Shown here: positions 1-8,942 of the stretch, piece by piece
Numbering within the stretch: the first letter of the stretch is position 1
Layout of the letters: every line of letters begins with the position of its first letter
Source: Bdellovibrionales bacterium
Lineage (GTDB): Bacteria > Bdellovibrionota > Bdellovibrionia > Bdellovibrionales > UBA1609
Direction: 5' to 3'
Length of the DNA: 32,000 bases
Assembly (NCBI GenBank): GCA_963692945.1
Contig: OY843585.1
Location: 300,001 to 332,000, forward strand
Position numbers and translations under genes: made by a program
The notes under the pieces: generated by a model
Databases searched by the model: none
The model's input: only the letters and a program-made list of their open reading frames with translations
Told to the model about the DNA's origin: nothing

Positions 1-54
1 AAAACCACCTAAAAACACCTTAACCTTTTCTTGAATTGATGATAAAAAAACTTA

Positions 55-945
55 ATGGATTTTTCAGGAGTAACAACCGCTTTAGTAACACCTTTTTCAC
101 AAGGAGATGTAGATCAGAAATCTTTTTTAACTCTTTTAGAATCTCAAGTTCAACAAGGTGTAACAAAATTTGTTCTTAATGGAACAACAGGAGAAAGCCC
201 TACTTTAGAAGAATCAGAAGTAGAGACACTTTGTCTTTGGTTCAAAAAATTTCAACAGCAACAAAAATTAAATTTAAAATTGATTTTAGGGACAGGAACT
301 TTTTCCACTCGTGCCACATTACAAAAAACAAAAAAAGCAGAATCTTTTGGTGCTGATGCCAGTCTTGTTGTGACTCCTTATTATAATAAGCCCTCTCAAG
401 AGGGACTTTTTGAACATTTTTGTCTTGTGGCTGAAGCGACAAACCTTCCGTTGCTTCTTTACAATGTCCCTTCTCGTACATCTTCTTCTTTAAGCCTTGA
501 AACCCTGCAAAAACTTTCTGTTATTTCTAATATTATAGGAGTGAAAGAGGCTTCAGGAGATAAGGAATTTTTAAAAAAGATTAAAGAGGTCTGCGGAAAA
601 GATTTTTTATGTTTAAGTGGAGATGATTTTACAGCGATAGAGAGTTTTTTTCTTGGAGGAGATGGGGTTGTCTCTGTTGCCTCTCATGTTCTAGGGAGAG
701 AATTTGTTTCTTGGTTTAAAAGGTCTTTAAATCAAGATAAAACAGTTTTGGATGAATTCAAAAAGTATCTACCTTTTTTAAAACATCTTTACCAGCAAAC
801 AAATCCTGTGGGGATAAAACAAATTTTAAAACAACAAAATTTAATTTCTTCTGCAGAATTAAGGCTTCCCTTAAAAGAACCAAAGGAAAAAGATTCTTTA
901 TTACAAAAAATCTTTTGTGATTTACAAAAGGATACAGGGTCATGA
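55..945 (+). CDS. dapA: 4-hydroxy-tetrahydrodipicolinate synthase
   Basis: 296-aa ORF with DapA-family motifs: NGTTGES, YYNKP, YNVPSRT, and GVKEASGD (Schiff-base Lys context). Its stop overlaps the dapB start by 4 nt (ATGA). Confidence 0.9.
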   Translation: MDFSGVTTALVTPFSQGDVDQKSFLTLLESQVQQGVTKFVLNGTTGESPTLEESEVETLCLWFKKFQQQQKLNLKLILGTGTFSTRATLQKTKKAESFGADASLVVTPYYNKPSQEGLFEHFCLVAEATNLPLLLYNVPSRTSSSLSLETLQKLSVISNIIGVKEASGDKEFLKKIKEVCGKDFLCLSGDDFTAIESFFLGGDGVVSVASHVLGREFVSWFKRSLNQDKTVLDEFKKYLPFLKHLYQQTNPVGIKQILKQQNLISSAELRLPLKEPKEKDSLLQKIFCDLQKDTGS

Positions 946-1610
946 AAAAAATAAGAATTGCATTAAGTGGCGATAGAGGACGTATGGGCAAGTCTTTAAA
1001 ACGGCTTTTAAAAAAAGACCCTTGCAAAGAAGTGGTTGCTGGAGCCAATAGAAGCCGCTCTCTAGAGCTTTGGGATGCGAAAAAAATAGATGCTGTTATT
1101 GATTTCTCTCTTCCTTCTTTATTTTCAAAATCTCTTCTATGGTGTGTTCAAAATAAGAAACCCTTTGTTAGTGGGACAACGGGATTGAGCTCTAAGCAAA
1201 AGAATCTATTGAAATCTTCTTCCAAAAAAATTCCTGTTTTTTATTCTGAAAATATGGGTTGGGGGATTTTTCTTCTCACAAAATACATAAGTCAGCTTTC
1301 AGGAAATAAAATTTCCATTCTGTTAGAGGACAGGCATCATAAAGAAAAAAAAGACAAACCAAGTGGAACGGCGTTAAGATTGAAAGAACATTTTCCTCCT
1401 TCTTTAAAGAAAAAAGTCAGAATTAAAAGTTATAGACAAGGTTCTGATTTTGGAACGCATAGAATTTACTTAAAAACACCAGAAGAAACTCTTTTATTGG
1501 AACACAAGGCTCTTTCTAGAGATGTCTTTTCTAAAGGAGCTATTAAAGCTTTAGAGTGTATTTTTAAAAAATCAAAAGGATTGTATTCTACAACAGATAT
1601 TTATAGGTAA
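942..1610 (+). CDS. dapB: 4-hydroxy-tetrahydrodipicolinate reductase (short form)
   Basis: N-terminal Rossmann segment IALSGDRGRMGK, then SGTTGL and the HHxxKxDxPSGTA motif (HHKEKKDKPSGTAL). Translationally coupled to dapA. At 222 aa it is shorter than typical DapB. Confidence 0.8.
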   Translation: MKKIRIALSGDRGRMGKSLKRLLKKDPCKEVVAGANRSRSLELWDAKKIDAVIDFSLPSLFSKSLLWCVQNKKPFVSGTTGLSSKQKNLLKSSSKKIPVFYSENMGWGIFLLTKYISQLSGNKISILLEDRHHKEKKDKPSGTALRLKEHFPPSLKKKVRIKSYRQGSDFGTHRIYLKTPEETLLLEHKALSRDVFSKGAIKALECIFKKSKGLYSTTDIYR

Positions 1611-1662
1611 ACCAGACTTCTTTAACTTGCCTTTTTTATCAAAAACTTTTAAAACAACAGAG

Positions 1663-2304
1663 ATGAAAATTTTTATTGATACAGCTCATATTGAAGAAAT
1701 TAAAGAGAGTTTTGATCAAGGGCTTATTGATGGTGTAACAACCAACCCGACCCTTGTTTCTAAAGTAGGAAAAACTCACGAAGGTCTCATTAGAGAGATC
1801 TGTGAATTTTTAAAAGATAAACCTGTTTCGGCTGAAGTTTTATCAGTTACAGCAAAGGATATGGTTGAAGAGGGAAGAAAAATTTTTAATATACATTCTT
1901 CCGTGGTTGTAAAAATTCCTTTAACTTCAGAAGGGCTAAAGGCTGTCAAAATACTAAATGCCGAAAAGATACCAACCAATGTGACCCTTTGTTTTAGTGT
2001 TAATCAAGCTCTATTAGCAGCTAAGGCTGGAGCCACGTATGTCTCTGTTTTTATAGGACGTTTAGATGATATTGGTTATAAAGGAACGGATGTGGCTATA
2101 GATAGTCACACCATTTTATCAAACTACAAATTTAAAACTCAAGTTTTAGGGGCGAGTATTCGTCATCCAGAACATGTGTTGGAGCTGATGAAATATGGAG
2201 TGCCAATTTCTACAGTGCCTTATAAGGTTTTAAAGCAACTTGTTAAAAATCCACTTACAGACATTGGCTTAGATAAATTTTTAGAAGATGCAAAAAAGAA
2301 ATAG
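1663..2304 (+). CDS. fsa: fructose-6-phosphate aldolase / transaldolase (TalC-MipB family)
   Basis: MKIFIDTAHIEEIKE, GVTTNPTL, VVKIP (Schiff-base Lys), TNVTLCFS and GRLDDIG are family hallmarks. The ORF-track start at 1627 is a TTG; the ATG at 1663 gives the canonical N-terminus. Confidence 0.85.
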   Translation: MKIFIDTAHIEEIKESFDQGLIDGVTTNPTLVSKVGKTHEGLIREICEFLKDKPVSAEVLSVTAKDMVEEGRKIFNIHSSVVVKIPLTSEGLKAVKILNAEKIPTNVTLCFSVNQALLAAKAGATYVSVFIGRLDDIGYKGTDVAIDSHTILSNYKFKTQVLGASIRHPEHVLELMKYGVPISTVPYKVLKQLVKNPLTDIGLDKFLEDAKKK

Positions 2305-2306
2305 CT

Positions 2307-3863
2307 TTAACTTGATTTCTCTTCAAAGTCTTCCAACCCATACTCTCTGGTTTTTAAAATAATAGAAGTTCGGCTGGAACCAAGAAGCTTGGCAACTTTT
2401 GTTTTATTTCCTTTTTCTTGTTTTAAAGCATCTAGGATAATTTCTTTTTCAATAGAGCGTAAGAACTCTTTTAAACTTTGATTTCCAAATTCAAAAGAGG
2501 TTTTTTTAGAAGGAGTAGGAGTGCTAAATCGTATTTTTTTAGAAAGAGATTCTTCTGTAAAAAAATCTTGATTTTTATCTGAAAGAACTAACATCTGTTC
2601 CATTTCATTGGCTAGCTCACGAACATTTCCCGGCCAAGAGTGATTGTAGAGGCATTCCATAGCTTTTGGTGAAAGTTGCTTTTTTTCTAAGGGAGCTTTT
2701 TCTTTTAGGAAATGCTGAACAAGTAAAGGAATGTCTTCTTTTCTTTCCCTAAGAGGTGTCATTTTTAGACTTATAACATTTAATCTGTAAAATAAATCCT
2801 CTCTAAATAACCCTTGAGCCATCATCTCTTCTAAATTTTTTTGAGTTGCAGCTAAAAATCGGACTTTGGATTTCTTAGGAGTATTATCTCCTACGGAAAA
2901 AAACACTCCATCTTGAAGGACTCTTACAAGTTTAGACTGTATATCTAAAGAGATATCTCCCACTTCATCTAGAAACAAAGTTCCACCATCGGCGATTTCA
3001 AGAAGACCTTTTTTATCTTGAGAGGCTCCCTGAACAGCTTCTTTTTTATGTCCAAAAAGTTCTGATTTTAAAAGGGAATCATTAAAAGCGGAGCCACTTT
3101 GTATGAAGAAAACTTTATCTGATCTTCGCGATTCGTTTTGGATGATTTTTGCTAGTAAGGTTTTTCCTGTTCCACTTTCACCGCGAATAAGAATAGGACT
3201 CTCATGGTCTTTAATTTTGCTTAAGATATTATAAAGAAACTGCATGGAAGGAGACTTTCCAATAAGGCTTCCATAACCTTGAAGGCTTTTATTTGCATGG
3301 AAACTTTTAATAATTTCTTCTTGTCTTTCTTTTTCTTGAATGAGAGAAAAAGATTCTTCTGCAAGAATAGAAAGAAATTTTTTGATATAAATTTGATCCG
3401 AAGAAGTTAAAGATTTTAATTTTGAAAGAGGCTCATCCATTTCTGGTTTAGTAAATTTTAAGTAACCTAGAGCTTGTTTGAGAATTTCAAGGTTTTTGGA
3501 TTTGAGAAAGCCCGTGGCAACAATATAGCCTTTTAACTGACCTTCTAAAAGAAGAGGAACGGCTAAAATATCAAAGTTGGTTTGTCTCCATTTTATAGAA
3601 ATCTTTTTGAAGTCTTTTTCTTTGCTCAAAGAACTGAGAGATTGTAGAAAGTGACTTCTAAAAAGATTTGAATCCATAAGAGACTTTACGACTTTATTAT
3701 TTAAATCCATATCTTCAGAAAGGAAGAAATCGGAACGGGTTTTTTCTACTAAAAAAACATCAATGTTCCACCAAGAAGAAATCAACTCTCTAAATTTTTT
3801 AAAGACATGAAAGTCTTTAAATTGTCTGTGCAAAGTATTCATCTTTATAAAAAATCCTTTCAA
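2307..3863 (-). CDS. sigma-54-type enhancer-binding protein (GAF-like sensor + AAA+ + Fis-type HTH) with a degenerate GAFTGA loop
   Basis: Walker A GESGTGKT, Walker B TLFLDEVG, R-finger region FREDLFYRLNV, WPGNVREL, and C-terminal HTH KTKVAKLLGSSRTSI. The GAFTGA position reads EAVQGA (nt 3021-3062). The start may be the ATG at 3842, because 3863 is a TTG. Confidence 0.85.
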   Translation of the reverse strand: MKGFFIKMNTLHRQFKDFHVFKKFRELISSWWNIDVFLVEKTRSDFFLSEDMDLNNKVVKSLMDSNLFRSHFLQSLSSLSKEKDFKKISIKWRQTNFDILAVPLLLEGQLKGYIVATGFLKSKNLEILKQALGYLKFTKPEMDEPLSKLKSLTSSDQIYIKKFLSILAEESFSLIQEKERQEEIIKSFHANKSLQGYGSLIGKSPSMQFLYNILSKIKDHESPILIRGESGTGKTLLAKIIQNESRRSDKVFFIQSGSAFNDSLLKSELFGHKKEAVQGASQDKKGLLEIADGGTLFLDEVGDISLDIQSKLVRVLQDGVFFSVGDNTPKKSKVRFLAATQKNLEEMMAQGLFREDLFYRLNVISLKMTPLRERKEDIPLLVQHFLKEKAPLEKKQLSPKAMECLYNHSWPGNVRELANEMEQMLVLSDKNQDFFTEESLSKKIRFSTPTPSKKTSFEFGNQSLKEFLRSIEKEIILDALKQEKGNKTKVAKLLGSSRTSIILKTREYGLEDFEEKSS

Positions 3864-3986
3864 GACTTTTATCGTGAAAACCAGCCCAAAGCTTTAATAA
3901 AAAAAAGTAAAAAAAGTAAAAAACAAGGATTTAGACCCTTATTTTATAGATTTGAGGATTTGAAATAAGGTGCAAATAACAAAATT

Positions 3987-4055
3987 CTAGTTCAATTCTA
4001 ATATCCTTTTCTTTTTAGGAGGGAAGCTCAAAAAGTAAAAAAAGAAGAACTAGAG
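3987..4055. repeat. degenerate copy of a palindromic repeat element (copy A)
   Basis: ctagttcaattctaatatccttttctttttagga (3987-4020) matches 20287-20320 at 32 of 34 nt. The outer arms ctagttc / gaactag are inverted repeats. The element begins 9 nt beyond the 3' end of tRNA-Phe on the minus strand. Confidence 0.7.
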
Positions 4056-4064
4056 TTTTATAAA

Positions 4065-4140
<76 letters not shown>

Positions 4141-4191
4141 AACCTATCTAAAACTCTTGATTTTTTAACATAGCTTTTTAGGTTTTACAAT

Positions 4192-5319
4192 TCAAAGAGC
4201 TTTGAAGGCTTGGTCAAGGTCTTCTAAAAGGTCTTCAATATGTTCAATTCCAACACTAAGGCGTAAGAGATTTTCTGTAATCCCTGAACTGCTAAACGAA
4301 CCATGAGTCATGACTAGGGGTTGTTCCGCTAAAGATTCTACAGCCCCTAAACTTTCTGCCAAAGTAAAGATCTTTAAATTTTCTAAAAACTTTTTAGCCG
4401 ATTCTTTTTTTCCTTTAATAAAGAAGCTCACCACTCCTCCAAATCCAGACATTTGCTTTTTTGCAAGATCGTGTTGAGGGTGGCTTTTGAGTCCTGGGTA
4501 AAGCACTTTTTCCACCTGATTATGAGTTTCTAAAAAATTTGCAACCAACTGAGCATTTTTTGTATGAGCTTCCATGCGAAGACTTAAGGTTTTTAAGCTT
4601 CTAAGCAACAGATAGGAATCAAAAGGAGACAAAATAGGCCCAATGGTTTTGTTGAGAAAAGAGAGTTTTTCTTTCAAGTCCTCTCTTTTTGTAACAATCA
4701 ATCCAGAAAGGCAATCACTATGCCCCCCGATGTATTTTGTAGCAGAATGAAAAACAATATCAGCACCAAGAGAAAGAGGAGTTTGAAAATAAGGAGTAGA
4801 AAAAGTATTATCCACAGTCAATAGACACTCTTTAGATTTTTTTTCAGAAATTCTTTTAATATCAATAATCTTTAATAGAGGATTTGTAGGGGTTTCAATC
4901 CAGATCATTTGAGGTTTGAGCTGAGATATTTTTTCTTGAACCAAATCCAAATTAGAGAAATCAATGAAGACCACTTTTAAATTTTGTACTTTTGTTAAAT
5001 GTTTTAACAAACGAATAGAACCTCCGTAAAGGTCTTCTTCAGCTAAAATAGTTTCTCCAGAGTTTAAAAGTTGTGTGATAAGATGCATAGAAGCACAACC
5101 AGAAGAAAGGGCTAAAGAGAAATCCCCTAACTCTAAATCTGCAAAACAATCCTCTAGAGTTTTACGAGTGGGACTTGAGACACGGGAGTATTCAAACCCA
5201 CTGTGTTTCCCAGGAGATTTTTGTGCAAAGGTTGTGGATGTTACAATGGGAGTTACAACAGACCCTGTTAAAGAGTTAGGTTGTTGTGCAGAATGAATAG
5301 CTTTTGTTTGAAACTTCAT
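4192..5319 (-). CDS. Cys/Met-metabolism PLP-dependent enzyme (cystathionine gamma-synthase / beta- or gamma-lyase family)
   Basis: 375 aa. Contains the PLP-lysine motif SATKYIGGHSD and the N-terminal TPIVTSTTF segment typical of the family. The exact reaction cannot be assigned from sequence. Confidence 0.8.
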   Translation of the reverse strand: MKFQTKAIHSAQQPNSLTGSVVTPIVTSTTFAQKSPGKHSGFEYSRVSSPTRKTLEDCFADLELGDFSLALSSGCASMHLITQLLNSGETILAEEDLYGGSIRLLKHLTKVQNLKVVFIDFSNLDLVQEKISQLKPQMIWIETPTNPLLKIIDIKRISEKKSKECLLTVDNTFSTPYFQTPLSLGADIVFHSATKYIGGHSDCLSGLIVTKREDLKEKLSFLNKTIGPILSPFDSYLLLRSLKTLSLRMEAHTKNAQLVANFLETHNQVEKVLYPGLKSHPQHDLAKKQMSGFGGVVSFFIKGKKESAKKFLENLKIFTLAESLGAVESLAEQPLVMTHGSFSSSGITENLLRLSVGIEHIEDLLEDLDQAFKAL

Positions 5320-5343
5320 TGGTTCTCCAGCTTTAACTCCTAT

Positions 5344-6108
5344 CTAAAAAAGAAGCAAATAAAAACTTAATGGAAGTAAATAAAATCCAAAAAGAAAAAA
5401 CCTCTCTTTTTGAACGAGTTTTAACACAAGATAAAGACAGAGAGTCCCACTTATATAAGCAGTTAAAAAAGCGAAGAAAAAATTTGGTGAAAAAGCTAGG
5501 GAATGAAAATGATTTCCAATTTCTACTAGAAGAACTCCAAAAATAGCGAGGAGAGAAATAAGAAAACTATAATAAACAGAAGCATAAGGGGATAGCCCTA
5601 AAAAAAGCCCGGTGGATACAGTCCAACCGGCTCTTGAAAAACCGGGAAAAGCAGATACGGCTTGAGAAACGCCAATCAAAAAAGATTGAGAGTAAGAAAG
5701 GTTATCTAAAGTAGAAGAGCCCTTCTTTTTTTTGAAAAAAAGAGATAACAAAAGCAATGCCGTGGTTAAAAATCCAATGCCAACAAAAATCTCTTGAAAA
5801 CTTCGCTCTACAAAATCTCTCAAAAAGAATCCTACAGCGGCTAATGGAAGAGAAGAAACAATCATTTTAGATAAAAGAGTGTAAGAAGATTTTTTGTGTA
5901 AGGAGAGTGTAAATTTTTTTAAATCTTTAAAAAACACAGTGACAACAGATAAGATAGTCGCTCCATGAAGAAGAATAATGAAGGAAAGAGAGTCTTGTTG
6001 TATCTCTAAAAAGGTTTCTAATAAAAAAAGATGACCAGAACTAGATATAGGAAGAAACTCTGTAAGACCTTGTAGCAGACCAAGTAAAAAAGCAGCCCAT
6101 TCACTCAT
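5344..6108 (-). CDS. uppP: undecaprenyl-diphosphate phosphatase
   Basis: BacA/UppP motifs EFLPISSSGHL and PGFSRAG, with a polytopic hydrophobic profile. Its start overlaps the kinase stop by 8 nt. Confidence 0.85.
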   Translation of the reverse strand: MSEWAAFLLGLLQGLTEFLPISSSGHLFLLETFLEIQQDSLSFIILLHGATILSVVTVFFKDLKKFTLSLHKKSSYTLLSKMIVSSLPLAAVGFFLRDFVERSFQEIFVGIGFLTTALLLLSLFFKKKKGSSTLDNLSYSQSFLIGVSQAVSAFPGFSRAGWTVSTGLFLGLSPYASVYYSFLISLLAIFGVLLVEIGNHFHSLAFSPNFFFAFLTAYISGTLCLYLVLKLVQKERFFLFGFYLLPLSFYLLLF

Positions 6109-7219
6109 TGGTTTTTTCTAGCAGATCTTTGTCATTTAAAAGTAAAGTTTGTTTTGGTTTTATATAAATAAGTTTTGTTCCTTTTTTTGTGGAAGTTTCC
6201 CATTTTAACGAATGCCATCCAGAGGGAAGGGAAAGTTTCATCGGAGCATAAGAGCTAAAGTCTTGCAATTGAACAAAAACCCATTGATTTGTAGAGACTT
6301 TTAAAAAGCCACCCACAGGTTTTTCAAGACCAGAAAAATTAGAAGCTCCAGCAAAGATTCCAAAAAATAATAAAATAGAGACTTGTCTGGCAAGGTGTTT
6401 GAAACTTAAAAAAAAGGAAGAGGGTTTAAAAATCTTTTGAGTTTTATATTTTTTAGATTCTGTAGAAGAGAGGAAATCTCTAACTTTATAAGATAGAGAG
6501 CGAAGAGTAGCCTTTTTTTCAAACCGACTTTTGTTAATGAGGAAAGCACGGTCTTGAGGGTCTGAAGCAAGGAGAGGGTTTGTAGGAGAGATAAACTCTT
6601 CTGGAGTTTTTTGTTTGAGTTTGGAGATCTCGTAAGGGTTTTTTAGAAAAACTTCTAAAACTCCAAGAGAAAAAAGATCAGATAAAAAATTAGATCGCCC
6701 ACCTTTTAGAATTTCAGGAGCTATAAATGGAAAAGTTCCTAAAGAAGATTCGTTATAATTTCCTTTACCAAAATCAATAAATTTAATTTGTGCCTCTTTA
6801 TCTAAAAGGACATTGTCTAAACTTAAATCTCCATGAGATAACCCTTGTTTTTTCAAATCTTCCAGACCCTTGTAGATAGAAGTTAAGAGATGATGAATTT
6901 CTGATTCAGAAAGAGTGAAAGTTTTAAGAAGTTGAGCCAGAGAAATCCCTTGAATGTATTCCAGCACAAGAGCTTTTCTTTTAGAAAAATTTTCAAAAGC
7001 GAGCAGACGAATGCAATGATTGGAACGAGCTTGAAGTAAGGATTCCAGCTCCCCTTTAAAAGATTCTTCTCCTGCAGAAAAAATTTTGAGGAGAACCACT
7101 TGCTCTATGCCGGTCACCGGCTCTTTACGCAGTGCTTTATAAACTTGTTTCTCAGGAGTTTCTTTGATGGGAAAAAGAATCTCATAGGACAAACCTTTAG
7201 AAGTTAATATTTTAGGCAT
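6101..7219 (-). CDS. Hanks-type Ser/Thr protein kinase, membrane-anchored, non-RD
   Basis: VLLK (beta3 Lys), catalytic loop HGDLSLDNVLL, IDFGKG (DFG) and FIAPE (APE). No GxGxxG loop is recognisable. A TM segment (VSILLFFGIFAGA) is followed by a beta-rich C-terminal domain of about 80 aa. Confidence 0.75.
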   Translation of the reverse strand: MPKILTSKGLSYEILFPIKETPEKQVYKALRKEPVTGIEQVVLLKIFSAGEESFKGELESLLQARSNHCIRLLAFENFSKRKALVLEYIQGISLAQLLKTFTLSESEIHHLLTSIYKGLEDLKKQGLSHGDLSLDNVLLDKEAQIKFIDFGKGNYNESSLGTFPFIAPEILKGGRSNFLSDLFSLGVLEVFLKNPYEISKLKQKTPEEFISPTNPLLASDPQDRAFLINKSRFEKKATLRSLSYKVRDFLSSTESKKYKTQKIFKPSSFFLSFKHLARQVSILLFFGIFAGASNFSGLEKPVGGFLKVSTNQWVFVQLQDFSSYAPMKLSLPSGWHSLKWETSTKKGTKLIYIKPKQTLLLNDKDLLEKTNE

Positions 7220-7231
7220 CTTCAGTCTTTA

Positions 7232-7663
7232 TTAAAAGAAAAAACTTTCATCTGTCCAATGATTTTTTAATTCAAGCAAGAGAAAGTCTTTTTTTCTGTA
7301 AATAAATATCTTAAGTTGTTTTTCAAGATGATTGCGACAAGCCGAAGAGAGGACTTTTGTTTTTAGAGTTTTTTTAAGACGATCAGACTTTAAATGAGAA
7401 ATTCGTAAAGAAAGACACCAGGAATCTACATCGGACAGGTTCTTTGACAGCTTATAACAGGATATAGGTATGGCTTTCTCCTTTTTTTCTTTTTCACAAA
7501 GAATATGAAGAAGAACAGAGGTTTTTTCTTTTTTTAAAGAAGTTTGAATTTGCTCAAAGCTTTGTGCTTGTAAGATATCTCCCAGAGGTAAACTGGTGCT
7601 TTTGTCAGTAGATAGATAAAGCAAAAGAAGAATCGAAAAAAGTTTAATCAACAGTTTCATCAT
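7232..7663 (-). CDS. hypothetical small secreted protein (signal peptide, 4 Cys)
   Basis: N-terminal MMKLLIKLFSILLLLYLS signal-like segment. Its start overlaps the stop of the upstream gene by 1 nt (TAATG). No recognisable family. Confidence 0.5.
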   Translation of the reverse strand: MMKLLIKLFSILLLLYLSTDKSTSLPLGDILQAQSFEQIQTSLKKEKTSVLLHILCEKEKKEKAIPISCYKLSKNLSDVDSWCLSLRISHLKSDRLKKTLKTKVLSSACRNHLEKQLKIFIYRKKDFLLLELKNHWTDESFFF

Positions 7664-8097
7664 TAAGAACTTTCTAAAAGGGAGAATAAATCTAAAACTA
7701 AAGGACCAAGCAGGAGTAATATAAAGGCAGGAAATTCAAGTAACATCAGAGGAATCAAAGTTATAAAGGGGAGTTTTTGAAGGTGTTTCTCTAAATCTTC
7801 GTTAGCTGCAATAGTAAGGTCTTTTTCTAAATCTTGAAGGTTTTCTAAAATAGGTTCACCAGCTAAGCCACGATTTAAAATATCTATCAAATGCTTACGA
7901 TAAGGAGGTTTAAAAAAATGAGAATCCCATTTTTGCCCAGTTTCTTTTTTAAACAACCAATGTCCTAATTCTTTAGCGAAAAGATCATCAGGATTTTTTT
8001 TAGAAAAAGAACGAAGAGATTCTGTAACAGACAAACCATTTTCTATGGTTAATCTTATTTCTAAAACAGCTTTTAAAGGAGGTGCTAAAGAGACCAT
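7663..8097 (-). CDS. single-domain T2SSF (GspF/TadC-like) platform protein
   Basis: 144 aa that follows the T2SSF pattern: ENGLSVTESL, RGLAGEPILENLQDLEKDL, then a C-terminal TM (LPFITLIPLMLLEFPAFILLLLGP). Confidence 0.65.
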   Translation of the reverse strand: MVSLAPPLKAVLEIRLTIENGLSVTESLRSFSKKNPDDLFAKELGHWLFKKETGQKWDSHFFKPPYRKHLIDILNRGLAGEPILENLQDLEKDLTIAANEDLEKHLQKLPFITLIPLMLLEFPAFILLLLGPLVLDLFSLLESS

Positions 8098-8801
8098 TTC
8101 ATTTTTCTCCCCGCTTTAAAAATCCAAACCAAACCAAAAACAAAACAGATAAAGGAAAGAAGCATTAAGTAAGGGTATTTAGTTCCGTAAAACATAAAAG
8201 ACCAAATGAAGAGGCTTATGTAGAGAAAAGCTATAACAATAGATTGAATCCGTAATTGAAGTAACACTTGGCTTGCTTTTCTGTAAAAGGATTGTTCAAT
8301 TTTTATTTTTTGCACCAAAAGATTTAATCTTCTTAAAGGTTGTGGGCTTTTTTTGACTTCTATTAAATCTTGAACAAGGTTTGTGATATAGGGGTTGGAG
8401 TGTTGAAAGTGTCTTTCAAATTGTAAAACTTCCGAAATATCTACAAGTTGTTTATAAACAACGTTTTGTTCAATCTCTTTAATAGATTTTTGCCAAGCAT
8501 TCATAAAACTTAAGCCTAGCTTCATTTGTGAAGATAATCTGAAAAGAAGGTTATGAAGATGAGATAAAAGAGATTTGTGATTGTGATTTTGTAGAAACCA
8601 TAAAAAAGAAAGCAAAAAAACTATAGGAAAAAAGAAAAAAAAGATTTTTGTAGCAAAGAAAAAACAACAAAGGAAATAGAAACTTAATAAAAAGAATAGA
8701 ATTTGCTTAAAAAAGGGGCTTATTATCTTTGAAAATCTCTTATTTTTTAAAAATTCAAGACAAAAAGAACTGCAAAGTAGAAAATGGATTAGAAAAAACA
8801 T
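8085..8801 (-). CDS. T2SSF (TadB-like) platform membrane protein
   Basis: Phe-rich N-terminal TM segments, then the T2SSF-like segments MKLGLSFMNAWQKSI and FYRKASQVLLQLRIQSIVIAFLYISLF. Overlaps the next gene by 13 nt. Confidence 0.6.
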   Translation of the reverse strand: MFFLIHFLLCSSFCLEFLKNKRFSKIISPFFKQILFFLLSFYFLCCFFFATKIFFFFFPIVFLLSFLWFLQNHNHKSLLSHLHNLLFRLSSQMKLGLSFMNAWQKSIKEIEQNVVYKQLVDISEVLQFERHFQHSNPYITNLVQDLIEVKKSPQPLRRLNLLVQKIKIEQSFYRKASQVLLQLRIQSIVIAFLYISLFIWSFMFYGTKYPYLMLLSFICFVFGLVWIFKAGRKMKWSL

Positions 8802-8884
8802 CTCTACAAGGTGTATGCAAAAAAGATTCTAAAAAAATTATTTGACGAAAATTGTGATTAAGTAAAAACTTATAGATATAGGAA

Positions 8885-8911
8885 TTGAAATTTTATAAAA
8901 AGAAATTTCAA
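8885..8911. promoter_or_regulatory. perfect 9-bp inverted repeat (ttgaaattt N9 aaatttcaa), candidate operator
   Basis: Sits about 20 nt upstream of the AGGAGG RBS (8931-8936) of the KRKTT-repeat gene, in the divergent intergenic region shared with the tadB-like operon. Confidence 0.35.
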
Positions 8912-8942
8912 GATTAACATTGATGACACCAGGAGGTATCAA

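Noticed and set aside
242-1048. Antisense ORFs 242-481 and 758-1048 inside dapA/dapB. Similar antisense ORFs lie at 1776-1979, 5075-5296, 9822-10025, 10164-10415, 11748-11960, 12009-12218, 15295-15501, 16199-16548, 17052-17285, 18303-18584, 24288-24554, 24796-25014 and 30958-31221.
   Set aside because: Each is fully embedded opposite a gene with clear family motifs. In AT-rich DNA such shadow ORFs are expected by chance, and none shows recognisable motifs or an RBS.
2302-2309. Convergent fsa and bEBP stop codons separated by only 2 nt, with no terminator
   Set aside because: This is real in the sequence, but tight convergent packing recurs in this compact genome. There is no evidence of a functional antisense arrangement.
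8620-8660. Poly-A/T tracts (A7-A8 runs) in the tadB-like gene as phase-variation switches
   Set aside because: Runs of this length are common throughout this AT-rich window, including housekeeping genes, so they are not specifically indicative.
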